60,593 nt of DNA from Nemertoderma westbladi. Its lineage: Eukaryota > Animalia > Xenacoelomorpha. The translations under genes and the position numbers were made by a program. The notes beneath the pieces are model-generated. The model did no database searches. It was not told where the DNA came from and saw only the letters and a program-made list of their open reading frames with translations. The stretch covers positions 1-60,593 of the forward strand of contig JAUCBJ010005901.1 in assembly GCA_032718475.1 (NCBI GenBank). The letters are read 5' to 3'. Below, piece by piece: positions 12,355 to 23,907 of this stretch (position 1 is the first letter of the stretch; every line of letters starts with the position of its first letter).

Positions 12355-15174
12355 TCAGTATTTTGTAGAGTCATAATGGATGGGCTGGTGTCGAATTCTA
12401 CTACTCCTATGTAACATGGCGGTAGGAGGCTCATCTTTCTGGAATACCACAACATCCGTTGCTGGGTTAAGAGTGCATTTATTTTTCTGATTGTTGTTCG
12501 GTGGAATTCTATTTTTATGATTTTCTTTTAGTATACCCTTTGGGAGTAATCGTGCTGAATACTTCATTTGCGGTTCCTGTTCCAGAATATTACGTCGAAT
12601 ATGGCGACGGTTGCGCCACAGAACACGGCCACTTGGTAAACGTATATGGTAATTGCGGCCACTGGCTCCTATAATAGAACCAGTACGATCCCACAGTTTA
12701 GTCTTTGCATTCTGAATGTGAACCGGTGTACGTACAGTTAGGGCCTTTAGTGACACGGTTCTGGATTTGGGGAGGGGGTGTCACCATAGTGTCAAGAGTG
12801 TCGAGATGTTTGGTCCACTGAGATGAAAAATTTGTATGGTGAGAAGGCACACGTGTCCTAGTTTGGCGTCCGAACACAAGCTCAGCGGGAGAAAATCCAT
12901 TTACCCGTGGCGTATTTCGCAGTTCGAGTAAACCTTTATGGAAACTATCAGTTTGTATATCCCCATGATGTGATGCTGTGGCGACCAGGTGTTTGAGTGT
13001 TTTAACAGCCGACTCCGCGAGTCCGTTACTTTGAGGGAAATGAGGGGCAGAGAACGACTGATTGACTCCCCAATCCTGGAGGAATGATCGGAATTCCGCC
13101 GAATCGAATTGTGGACCTCCATCAGTCCGCAGTTTAATGGGAATTCCCAGGTTACTGAAAAGACGGCGAAGTACTGTAGCAACTTTTGCAGAATTAGGGT
13201 CATGCCGTCCGAATGCATGGATTTCAGGCCATCCTGAAAAGCGGTCAATATATGCTAAATAATGTTGACCTGCGTAGCTGAAAAGATCCGAACCAACCTC
13301 TTCGAATGGACGTGTAGGTTGAGGGTCAGAAAGTAAAGGCTCCGGTGGTAAAGATGGTTTACGTTGTTGACATGGCATACATTTCCCAACTTTGTTTATT
13401 ATGTCAACGGTTAAACCGGGCCAGAATACAGTTTGACGGGCTCGTCGTTTAGAACGTTCAATCCCCTGATGAGATTGATGTAAGAGTTCTAGAACGTGGC
13501 AACGTTGAGATTGTGGAATAACAATACGGGATAAATACAGGACAAGCCCATCATCAACTGACAAATCATCTCGTAATTTCCAATATGGTTGTAGATCGTG
13601 AACTAAGTTCGTCGGCTTTACTGGGAATCCATTCTGGATTAGATAGATCAGTTTCTGGTATTCTGGATCCAAAATGGCCGCTTGTTTTATACTTTCTATA
13701 TTTGGGTCATTGAGGGAAGAATTTGAGTTGCTGTCGGCTAACGCATTGACAGTGGCATTAATATGGGCACACATGTAAGTGTTGATCTCCTGTTCGGTAG
13801 TGACATCATCTGGGGTTGGGTTACCAACTGGTGCCGAGAAAGCGCATCTGGTATGTAATGGGTTTTACCTTTCTTCCATTCGACATGGAAGGAATAAGAT
13901 AAGAGTTTTTCCTTGAGACGCCTCAGCCTCGGATTATCGATGTTGTCAAGAGTTTTTTCATTTAGAATTGCTAGAAGCGGTTTGTGATCACTCACAATAA
14001 TGAAATGTGGAATGCCGAGTATATATATATGACATTTCTTAACGGCCCAAGCAATGGCAAGTGTTTCGAGTTCGATGACTGCATATCGTGACTCAGTGTC
14101 TGTAAGGAATCGTGATCCACACTGGATGAGATTAAGGTGCTCTGAGGATGTCGGTTGTAGTAAAACAAAACCGAGTCCTTTCAACCTAGAGGCGTCAGTA
14201 TGAAGTTCTACTGGAAGATTTGGATCGAATGGAGTAAGAATCGGCGGGGAAACTAGAGCCAGTTTAACATCATTGAAGGCATTGGTGTGGTTGGGCGTCC
14301 ACTGGAAGACGTTAGCTTTCTTAAGTAGTGGGTGTAGTGGTGCTGCAGCAGCACTTACCTTACTCGAAAATGAACCAAGCTGGTTCACAATTCCAAAAAA
14401 TGATCGGAGTTCTGATATATTCATTGGAATTGGAAAATTAGATATAGCAGAAATTTTAGTTGGATCTGCCTCTATTCCATTAATACCGACTCTGTATCCA
14501 ACATAGTCAACAGTGTCTTTGGCAAATATGAATTTCTTTGGATTCAATGTGATTTGATGAGTGCGACACCATTGTAGAACCTCAATAATTCGTTCTACAT
14601 GGTTGGGAAAAGAACCAGTGTGGACCAACATGTCGTCCACAACTTTCTCGAGGTTGTCAATCCCCTCTATAGCAAGATCTCCACGACGACTATATTCATC
14701 CCCTGTTGATATCAACCCCATAGGAGCCCGCAGGAATTTAAAACGTCCTTGGGGACAGATAAAAGTTGTGAGAAACTGACTGGCAGTGTCGAGGGGAATC
14801 TGCCAATAGGCCTTAAGTGCATCGAGTGTTGAAAAGTAACGATCGTCTCGATGGATAGAATCAACAGCGTCCTTTGGAGTCCGTAGAGGATGATATGGAC
14901 GCGCGCAGAAAGAATTGAGTTTAGTAAGATCTACACATATCCGCACTTCCTCAGGTGAGTGTGATTTTTTGGTGACAACCATCGGATGGCACCACTCGGT
15001 AGGTACATCGCCAACACGTTCAATTATACCTTTCTCCACCATGGATTCAATTTCGAGCTTAGCCTTCTCTCTAAGAGCAAATGGAACTTGACGAGAAGTG
15101 GTTAAAGAGAAAGGAATGTTGTTTGGTTGAAGATGAATGCATAGGCTTGAGATGTTCCACTGTCGAGAAAACAT
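12355..15174 (-). pseudogene. pol: Gypsy pol (RT, RNase H, integrase) split across frames: 13738-15174, 12698-13774, 12355-12756
   Basis: RICVDLTKLN, LDALKAYWQ, VVDDML, TDAS, HQSHQG..C..C, DRFSGW, TDGGPQF, SNGLAE. Confidence 0.9.
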
Positions 15175-16915
15175 CTGGGAATAGTTCTAAAATTTGGTTA
15201 CGTATTAAATCAATGTCTGACTCAGAGGGATTTTCTGGAATTGTGCGTAGCTGATCACAATATTGTATGGAGTGTTCTGATTGGACATTGCAGATTTGTG
15301 TGGGAAAGTCAGTTGGAATGATTTTGAGATCTCGAAAAGTTATCCAACCAAGAATAAATCCATCAGACTTTCCAATCACGTGTATAGTTGTCACAGAGGT
15401 ATAATTTCCAAGTGTAATGGAGCAGGGAAATTGTCCAAGAACCTTAAGCGAATGATGTCCGAAACTGTTAAGTGGATGATTGCTGGGTTCCAAGTCAGAC
15501 AGTTGGAATCCAAATTTGTTAAATACAGAATCGGACATTATGTTTGTTGGAGAGCCAGTGTCTGGTAGAGCCTTGATATTATCTACCTGGATTCCTACTG
15601 AGAAATTAAAAGGGTCGAGGGAGACTATAACTTCTGGTGTAGGCTTTTCATCAGAGTTATAAACATGATTTACTGAGGATTCGATGTAACCAACATTGGA
15701 AGATGGGGTTTTCAAATACATTTTATCCCATTTCAAACTACAAACTTTGGCCCAATGTCCGGTCTTTTTGCATAAGGAACAGGTTGATTCGTTTGCAGGG
15801 CAAGTGGACATGTCCTTATGTAGGTCATTACCACACCGTAGACATTTCTTCCTTAAATGTTGTGGAATCCGGTCACGGGACTTACTACGATATCGAGGCC
15901 GTGACCTGTCTGGCGAGTTCCTCCGACACTCTTTCTGTGTTTTGTAAGTATTACCTTTTATACGGTTTACTGTAGCTCCTGGGTTGGCGAATTTACGGCC
16001 GGCCTCCTCCCGGCGGCAGAATGCGATGACGTCATCAAGGTGTGGGTATGGATGAATCGCCATGAGGCGTCGGCGGATCTCCTCGTCTCGTAGCCCAACA
16101 CGTATTCTATCTGCCAGACGTTGGTCGAAGCAATGGTTGCAAAGTTCGGCATTCTGCCCTAGGTTCCTTAAGGCTAAGAGAAATTGGTCGAAAGTTTCTC
16201 CGGGCGTTTGGATTCGGCGTTCGAAAGCTTCGCGTTCACGCCCTAAATCACGTTTTTCTTGGAAATAAGTTGCAATTGCATCGAGTCTGTCATTGATTGA
16301 TATCGCATTTCCCGGTTCGGCGGGTTGGACGTCGATGTGCGACAGAACGTCCTGTACATCTTGGTGTAAAGCGCGACGGAATGCCGCTAGTTGCTCCGGA
16401 ACCGGGAATTCTACAAGATGTACGAGAGTTGCGTAGTCGTCCCAAGTTGTACGCCAACGGCGAAATGCTCCAACCGATGTATTCAGGTTTAAAATCGACG
16501 GAGGGTGAGAGGCAGCTGATCTGGCGAGATCATGACGTGGTAGATGCGGTTGAGTCGGCCTATTGTCGGCAGGAACATTGGGAGGAACGCGGTGTATATG
16601 CCCCATTATTTGTAGCATCTCTGCACGTTCAGTGCGACGTCGCTGTTCGTCCTCTGCACGTCGTTGTTCCTCGCGTTGTTCCCGGCGTTCTTCCATCTGC
16701 ATAAGGAATTTTGCCAGGTCGGTTTGTTGAGGAGGATCCTCGGCCTCGAACTCGAGGATTCTGTACAGCTGTTTGCGTAAATTAGCTGTCGATGTGCGAG
16801 GATTAAACTGTAAACCGGCATTTGTACAGTGGATTTTTAATGCGGCTCGGTCGAGTTCATCTATTTCGTCCGCAGTGAGGTCCAAGTAATCCTCTGGGTT
16901 AATAGCTTCCGCCAT
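15071..16915 (-). CDS. gag: Gypsy Gag-protease (two CCHC knuckles, aspartic protease)
   Basis: CLRCGNDLH..C, CSLCKKTGHWAKVC, ALPDTGS. Confidence 0.9.
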   Translation of the reverse strand: MAEAINPEDYLDLTADEIDELDRAALKIHCTNAGLQFNPRTSTANLRKQLYRILEFEAEDPPQQTDLAKFLMQMEERREQREEQRRAEDEQRRRTERAEMLQIMGHIHRVPPNVPADNRPTQPHLPRHDLARSAASHPPSILNLNTSVGAFRRWRTTWDDYATLVHLVEFPVPEQLAAFRRALHQDVQDVLSHIDVQPAEPGNAISINDRLDAIATYFQEKRDLGREREAFERRIQTPGETFDQFLLALRNLGQNAELCNHCFDQRLADRIRVGLRDEEIRRRLMAIHPYPHLDDVIAFCRREEAGRKFANPGATVNRIKGNTYKTQKECRRNSPDRSRPRYRSKSRDRIPQHLRKKCLRCGNDLHKDMSTCPANESTCSLCKKTGHWAKVCSLKWDKMYLKTPSSNVGYIESSVNHVYNSDEKPTPEVIVSLDPFNFSVGIQVDNIKALPDTGSPTNIMSDSVFNKFGFQLSDLEPSNHPLNSFGHHSLKVLGQFPCSITLGNYTSVTTIHVIGKSDGFILGWITFRDLKIIPTDFPTQICNVQSEHSIQYCDQLRTIPENPSESDIDLIRNQILELFPDVFSTVEHLKPMHSSSTKQHSFLFNHFSSSSICS

Positions 16916-17845
16916 TTATTGTATTCGTAATTGAATTAGAAAATAAAATAATTCAAAAACAAGTAATTTACTTTACTCGCAGCGCCATGCTGTGATCTTA
17001 ATAATATAGTTAGATCATGCAAAAAGGTAAATTAAGTTTATCCTGTATATCGGTAATCCAGTAGTATATTAGTCGTACTTATCCTAAGCTAGAATACATT
17101 TTGAATTTCCCGCCACCTGCATTTAAATGTTACATAAACATAATAAGGGTAGAACCCACCAATGTTCTTGGATGCAGATGATGTCGATGTTATATTCCCT
17201 ATAACACTGACAAGTAGGTCCAATAATCATAAAAAAATACCTTCTCAATAAGACACTATAACTGTGACAATGGGAACCTTGGAGTAGATAACTTGTATCA
17301 TCCTCTTTAAGGAAGGTATCAGCAGTTAAATGAGTGATTGCAGTATATATTGAGACACCAAATCAATTGTGCATTAGTGCAGTAACAGTTAATTGTGGAA
17401 CCCTTAGGTACATAACTAGTATGACATGAACTGGCCGGTTAGATCCAGAACTAGTTGGACCAGGGTTAGATCTAGAACAGGTTGGACCAGTTTTTGTCCG
17501 GAATGAATGTGCCACGTTTGGTCCAGAACTTGATGGGCTGTTCGACAAGTTCTTGATTGGTCCAGAACTTGTTTGGCAGGATTTAGACTAGGTGAACTGC
17601 TTAGAATGCTTGTATTAAACCTACAATAATTATCCGTAATATGTATATAGAGTTTCAAGATTTTAGACGCATCTCCAGTAGTTTATTTTATGACAGTTTT
17701 GTAGATTTCAGGCTCTTTGAGTTTCCAAGTTTTGCCAGCCTGGTCTTCGTTTTTCCAAGATCCAGCCAGATTCCTGGATTTTGTCGCCTATTCCGAATCC
17801 GTTAATGAGACCCTTGGAATATATGTATATCATGGAGGAGTTTAA

Positions 17846-18984
17846 GGGGGGGGGGGTAGCGCATTTTCTGACCAAAAAGACGAATTTTGGAAACATATCC
17901 TATCTGATGCAGAATTTCCAAATATGGAAACCGTTTTCCCATATCTTGCTTAGTTTTCGAGATATCTGGGATAGAAGATACCGACTCCGATATATCGCGA
18001 TATCGGTAAAGCCGATGAAGTTTGGGGTTTGCATTCAATTTCTGCAAATTTCTGTGCTCAGTTTTGCCAATTCGATGTCTCCACGAGAAAGAGCACAAAA
18101 TTTTAATTGAGAAGGTATTTTTTTATGATTATTGGACATACTTGTCAGTTTATAAGACAACTTCAAGTCTCCGGAATGAAGATGGGACTCGAATAAGCGA
18201 CTCTGCAGTCTTTGCAGGATTACACGGAATAGACTTATTGGTCATCGGAGATCTTCAAAATGTATAATCTAGTGGTTGTACGAAGTTCCTTTTAGGCTCA
18301 TTCGAAAGCTCTTTTCTTAGAGAACAAAGTTACCATTTGGTTTAAGACAGAATGGTTGTAAGGCAACATAACATGAATTTGGGTAAAATATGCCTTGCAA
18401 ATTTTGTTCAAGTTATGATTGCTCAGGAACCTTTCAAGAGTTTGCCAAACCAAATGGTAACTTTGGTCTCTGAGAAAAGAGCTTTCGAATGAGCCCAAAA
18501 CGAACTCCGTACGACCACTAGAACTGGAGATTATACATTTTAAAGATCTCCGATGACCGATAAGTCTATTCCGTGTAATCCCGCAAAGACTGCAGAGTAG
18601 CTTATTTGAGTCCCGTCTTCATTCCGGAGAATTGAAGTTGTCTTATAAACTGATCAGTAGGTCCAATAATCATAAAAAAATACTTTCTCAATTAAAATTG
18701 TGTGCTCTTTCTCGTGAAGACATCTAATTAGCACCACTGAGCACAGAAATTTGCAGAAATTGAATGCAAACCCCAAACTTCATCTCCTTTACCGATATCA
18801 CGATATATCGGAGCCAGTATCTTCTATCCCATATATATCGAAAACTAAGCAAGATATGGGAAAACGGTTTCCATATTTGGATTCAGGATGAAATTCTGCA
18901 TCAGATAGGATATTGTTTCAAAAATTCGACTTTTTGGTCAGAAAATGCACTACCCCCCCCCCCCCCCCCCGACCCCCCCCCCTC
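17846..18984. mobile_element. Foldback/Kolobok-like MITE with ~500-bp inverted arms and TTAA flanks
   Basis: TTAA-(G)nTAGCGCATTTTCTGACCAAAAAG ... CTTTTTGGTCAGAAAATGCACTA(C)n..TTAA; the arms stay complementary inward to ~18342/18446. Confidence 0.85.
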
Positions 18985-19079
18985 TTAAAGAAAAGTTTTG
19001 GATAGTTATAGTATTCAATCTTTGGAGTCAGCAGTTTGACAGTTAAGTCCTCAGCATATCTGATCAGATGTGCATAAGC

Positions 19080-19660
19080 TCACAGGATGGTATGCTTGAG
19101 TATGTGGATGACTTCTGTTACCTGGGATCATGTATCCGAAAGTCAGGTGAGTACCTTCGAATACTTAAGGGAAAGACAAGGGCAGCATTGAAGGGCTTTC
19201 TAGGATTACACATTAGTCATACAGAATTCATCGGAAACTTAAGGTCTGATTATTTAGAGCAGCATTCCAGTATTCCTCTATGGGAGTGCATGCTGGGCCG
19301 TAACTGCTGAGAACACCAAATATCTGGATGGCACATTCACAAAAATGCTATGTCAGCACATGTACAATGCACACATCTCCAACCAGACATTATACAAAAT
19401 TGGAGGTGTCTCATTGGTTCCCCCAAGCTTGACACTAGAACAAAGCCACCTCCACTTTGCAGGACACTACAGTACACTTGAGGACCAGCCTGTGTACACT
19501 GGTGTGCTTTGGCAGAGCCCCATGGAGAAAACAAGCATAGTGAACAGTCCATGACTTTCGTGAGACGCCTCCTAAAGGACACTGGCCTTCAAGATGTGGA
19601 CAATCTCGCGAAAATCATAGTGAGTTGTGGCGGTGCAACTTTGTTGATAATAAGCCGGCA
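19080..19660 (+). pseudogene. Degenerate RTE LINE 3' fragment (same family as 6403-7140)
   Basis: LEYVDDFCYLGS; AHISNQTLYKIGGV...LHFAGH. Confidence 0.75.
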
Positions 19661-20750
19661 TTGAATTCTTAGTGCAAGCTGCATTGGGCCAATTATGGAT
19701 TGAATGGTGGTGACAAAATGTTTTCTTAATCTTGGATAGCACATCAATGTGCTGTTACAATGCAGTAGTCAGATTATAATAGAAGTAGTTTGAGTCAGTG
19801 ATTATGTGGGTAGATGCTATTGTCCTAATTGTTGATTCATTCAAGATCGAAATATGACTCCCCAAATATGTGAACTACATCAACAACAGGTTGTATCGCT
19901 TCCTATTTCTATCATTATACAAATCACTATCAAAATATATCAAAGATTAAATGAATCAAATTAACCCAATGTATGTGTGTCACCTCCTACTGCTGGCACA
20001 CTGATGTGACTATTAATCACAGATAAACCTAAATATGTTTACAATTTCAATATTCCAGATATTGTCTTACATTTGCATGCACCTCAATTTTAATGCTGAT
20101 AGTAGTGGTAGCAAAATTATTCGAAATGTTTTGCATTTTGTCTGGCAACTACTACATGCACCAAGCATGGACTGTGCCCCGTATTTCGGTTATGAGATTT
20201 AAGGTGTAAGAGGTCTATCACTGTTAGCGAATTCCATCCGCTATACGCTCCCATCACAAATTGGGGAGGGGAGCTTACTTACAGCAAGCAAGCCAGGAAC
20301 CCAATATAACCCGAGAAGAGGGAAAGTAAGGTGATTAGGGTGGCCAATAGGGGTGGGGTCTATCGAGTTTTGGGCCACCATTGGTGCGTTTTACCAATTC
20401 ACAGTTGAGTCAGCTGATTTCTAGTTACTGTAGGCCGAATCTTTGAAAGGGCGGCAGTTGTCAATTTACATGGATAGAGTGTGCCTCGTTTTGTACTGCT
20501 ATGTTCAGCGGTTGCTACAGTAGGTTACCGGTTAACATGCAGTCAAGCATTTTTGACAGCCAGACGGTCATCCATATAGCTGCTGAACTAGCACGTCGCA
20601 GACTACACAGTCTAACCAGTCCATCATGGCCGTATATATAATTAAGGTCCATAATCATTCCATTCCCCATTGAAAATATTTCAGACATGTAGGTAGACCC
20701 CTCACACCCTCCACTCAAACTACTATAATTATTGTTTTTATGTTTTACAG

Positions 20751-20896
20751 GAAGGATTGCATTTTTATTATGGAGATGATTATGGAAGAAGTGCAGTTAT
20801 TAGCGAATCTGTTCCAAATCTGGCTACTGCCCCAAACTCATATAATAATAACATAGAAGCCATCTTCATTGTTACTGGAATATGGAAATTCTACAG
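20751..20896 (+). CDS. Beta/gamma-crystallin-domain gene, internal exon A (Greek key 1)
   Basis: ttttacag|EGLHFYYGDDYGRSAVISESVPNLATAPNSYNNNIEAIFIVTGIWKFY(R)|gt; starts in phase 0, ends in phase 2. Confidence 0.8.
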
Positions 20897-21610
20897 GTTC
20901 GTTTAATTTGCATTTGATAGTGTAATAGAAAGATACGTTTACATTAGTAGTTTTTCATAGGTGAGAAGTTGATTGAAATCTCAACACCTGGCTACACTCG
21001 AGCCATTATCAGACCTTTATAATGATAAGATGATAAGTGAATGATCAAAGCTTTTTACACTCAAAACATGCGATGCTTAAAACAGTCGCATTTTGTTAAC
21101 AGTTACATTGGCATTGAGCAGAAAAGTTGCAATTTGGCAAAAAATGCGTTTTTGGGAAATTCTTTCAGAATTCTGCAAAAGACATCACAGAAACAGTTTT
21201 TATTGTAAAAGGCTCTTAAAAGTAAATTTTCTTCGGCCGCTAGGACAGGGATTACGTACAAAGTCTGACGACTTATTTCCAGTACTCATTTAGGTACCAC
21301 TTAAGGATGCAAGGCAGAGATGCGCCATGGCTGGTCCCTTTAAAGCATTCGTTCCGAAACGAAAACTGCCCTGGCCCATGTGAGGATCGAACTATGGGAG
21401 ATGTGAATTCAATGCGACCACTACACCAACATTTTTCTATTTTAACATATAAACTTAATTTCGTGAATATTTAATTTCGATATTCACAATTTAATGAACC
21501 TTTTAAAGGAAAGTAGCAGATTAAAATGGCAGGATTTTCTAACCAAAACAATAAACTAAATTTAGGAACACAGTTTACAGGAAAATGCAATAATTTATGT
21601 ACTTTGTTTG

Positions 21611-21684
21611 AAAGTGTGTTTAAAAGTGTGTTTAAAAGTGTGTTTAAAAGTGTGTTTAAAAGTGTGTTTAAAAGTGTGTTTAAA
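21611..21684. repeat. 12-bp tandem repeat (AAAGTGTGTTTA) x~6
   Basis: Direct inspection. Confidence 0.9.
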
Positions 21685-23907
21685 TAAATGTAAACTTATT
21701 AAGTATGTTTTAAGTTTAAATTTAGCTTAATAAGTAAATCGTAAGTTTACAATACCCCTTAATAAGTAACTTTTAAGTTTATAATTAATTGGATCTAGTG
21801 TATATTGTGACAGGGTTAAACTGTGGAATGAAGAATCCCCCACCATCAGTGTCCTCTTATATATTAATCGTCAAAGTACCGCTGCTGGCCTACAGAATAA
21901 TCGTGTCAATAACCCCCCCCCCCCCCCTCCCCCTATTACCCCCTCATAAGATTAATATAAATAACCACCATTATTACAACGTTTTATTTACAACAACGTT
22001 AAACAACAACGTCAAAGTTATTTTTACTCTCAATATTTTTCAAGTCTCGATATTTTTCACCATTACCGCATTGAAGGATGCCGAATTGCCCTACCCCACG
22101 GTAATTGAATGCATGGAAAATTACACCATTAACAGAAATGCTGTGTGCATTTGAAATTATAATACCAATGTTAACACTAACATTATATACACATTCATAG
22201 TTGCAAGGTAAAGTAGTTACACTACCAATTTTTCCAACGATATTTACATCATTGCTATCAAAAAAATTAAGGCAGTGCAGTGCTTCCTTGTTCACATTTG
22301 ACATGGCATGCAATTTTAAACGTAAAAATCGTTTAACAGTTAAATTTCCCTCGTTCTTACTACCGGTAACAAATGCACCCAAGTGATAAAACGCGCCTTC
22401 AAATACAGACACGACAGCTAACGGTCCAAAACCACGAACTTGTTCTACCAAATGGGACAAAGCATGGTGAGAAAGAGATGAGGCTGCCATTCCGAACTGT
22501 GCGACCACAAGCTTTCTAAAAGTGTTCAATAAGAAATCCGCCCCTACACGTTCGTCTTCACAAATATTATTCTTTGATAGAAGATATATATATGGTAATT
22601 GAAAGACAAGAAACTAGAATTATAATATGGGGACTGGTATCCGAAAAATGAAGTAACGCGGTCACCATAAAAAGCCAAAAAAACCTTGAATTCAGTAGCC
22701 TTCCACAATCATAAGACATCAAACGAATGAGGTTTCCTCATAAAATAGACAAGACACTGTATGAAATGCAAGGATGACGATTTATGATGATTTCCTTGCA
22801 AAACGATGACTAAACAATGTTTTTGAGATTCCATGATCAACTAGGTGCATTGGGTTAAATGAGGCAAATGAATAACTTATTCTAATGGTGACTCTAACCC
22901 TTTAACACCCATGATAATTCGGCCAGATTGTTCTGCGGAACATGGATCTCATGTTCCGCTTTTGTTCGGAGTTTAGTGCAATTGTCTTCAAATGGGAATA
23001 ACATCTTGTAATGATCCACACTGTATTCTCCATAAATATTGCATCAGTACTAGTACCCATTATGGAGTATCATGTTTAATGAGTCGGCTTTAGCTGGAAG
23101 ATCAGCAACAATTGGAATGATCTTAATTTGAATAGTAATAGTTATATCCTTTACCATATATGAACAAATGAAGAAATGCGTTGAACAACATGAGTTAACA
23201 TAGTTTTAAAACTAGGCTTGTACTTTCCATAATAAAGGCATATCAAAATTAAATTTTCGAACCATCTACGTTTTCTCTTCTCAAGATTTATAATTGATGA
23301 AGTACTGGCCAAATGTTAAAGTTTTTAGATTTTAGAATGGAAACTACACCATCAGTTTATGGGAATTTCATACAGGTATTTATTAAATTTAGAATCATAT
23401 AGTTTAAAAATTTTACCGGAAGTGATATCAGATAATACATTGGGAATTCCTTGAGTTGCTTTGTAACGATCAGAAAATGTAAGAACTTCGGGGTTGAATT
23501 TTAAAAGATCTTCAACTTGAATATCTAGGTCCACCATAAAATATTGGCCACCATTTTCACATACAACATTTGATGTTCCCTCAAGCCAAGCATCATTTGA
23601 GTCTTTATTTATACTGTAAAGTGTAGGGCATTTATTTGGAATGGGTAGAGCATTGGCAAAAACAGCTGTAGAAGATCAGATACGCAAGCATCAGATATAT
23701 GATGTTTATCAATGTCACTAGTAAACTGTGATTGGAAGGAAGCCATAGACTTTGATGAACCGGGATATAACTCCTCCAACTCGTTTTTTCTGGATCTGAA
23801 CTTGAAGGTTTGGAATCAGAACAATATAGAATGCCACTTTCTATGTTGTCAATATCAGCAGCATTAAGAGAATGTAGTGCTGGTTTATCAAAATCAATTG
23901 GTGAAGA

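Larger units (their letters stand above)
12140..17161 (-). mobile_element. Full-length Ty3/Gypsy LTR retrotransposon (Mag-like), recent insertion
   Basis: 174-bp TG..CA LTRs at 12140-12313 and 16988-17161 differ at one base. TSD ATGTT. PBS TGGCGCTGCGAG (tRNA-Ser-like) next to the 5' LTR; PPT AAGGGGGGAG next to the 3' LTR. Confidence 0.97.
9353..17249 (-). mobile_element. 5'-truncated RTE-clade LINE (APE+RT, frameshifted) with (TAG)n tail and 11-bp TSD, interrupted by a Gypsy element
   Basis: NIDIICIQEH|RICHED, SDHRIV, NYRGICLL, GVLQGDTLAP, DFADDIAL, RLRFSGHCWR. Tail reads (CTA)n at 9353-9364. TSD AAGACACTATA at 9342-9352 and 17250-17260. Confidence 0.9.
9170..17420 (-). pseudogene. Old CR1/L2-type APE endonuclease relic, split by the RTE insertion (pieces ~17250-17420 and ~9170-9352)
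   Basis: Joining across the TSD restores TADTFLKEDD...YSVFWHDRKSENYGGG, with CYCTNAQ upstream and HLHRPG downstream in other frames. Confidence 0.6.
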
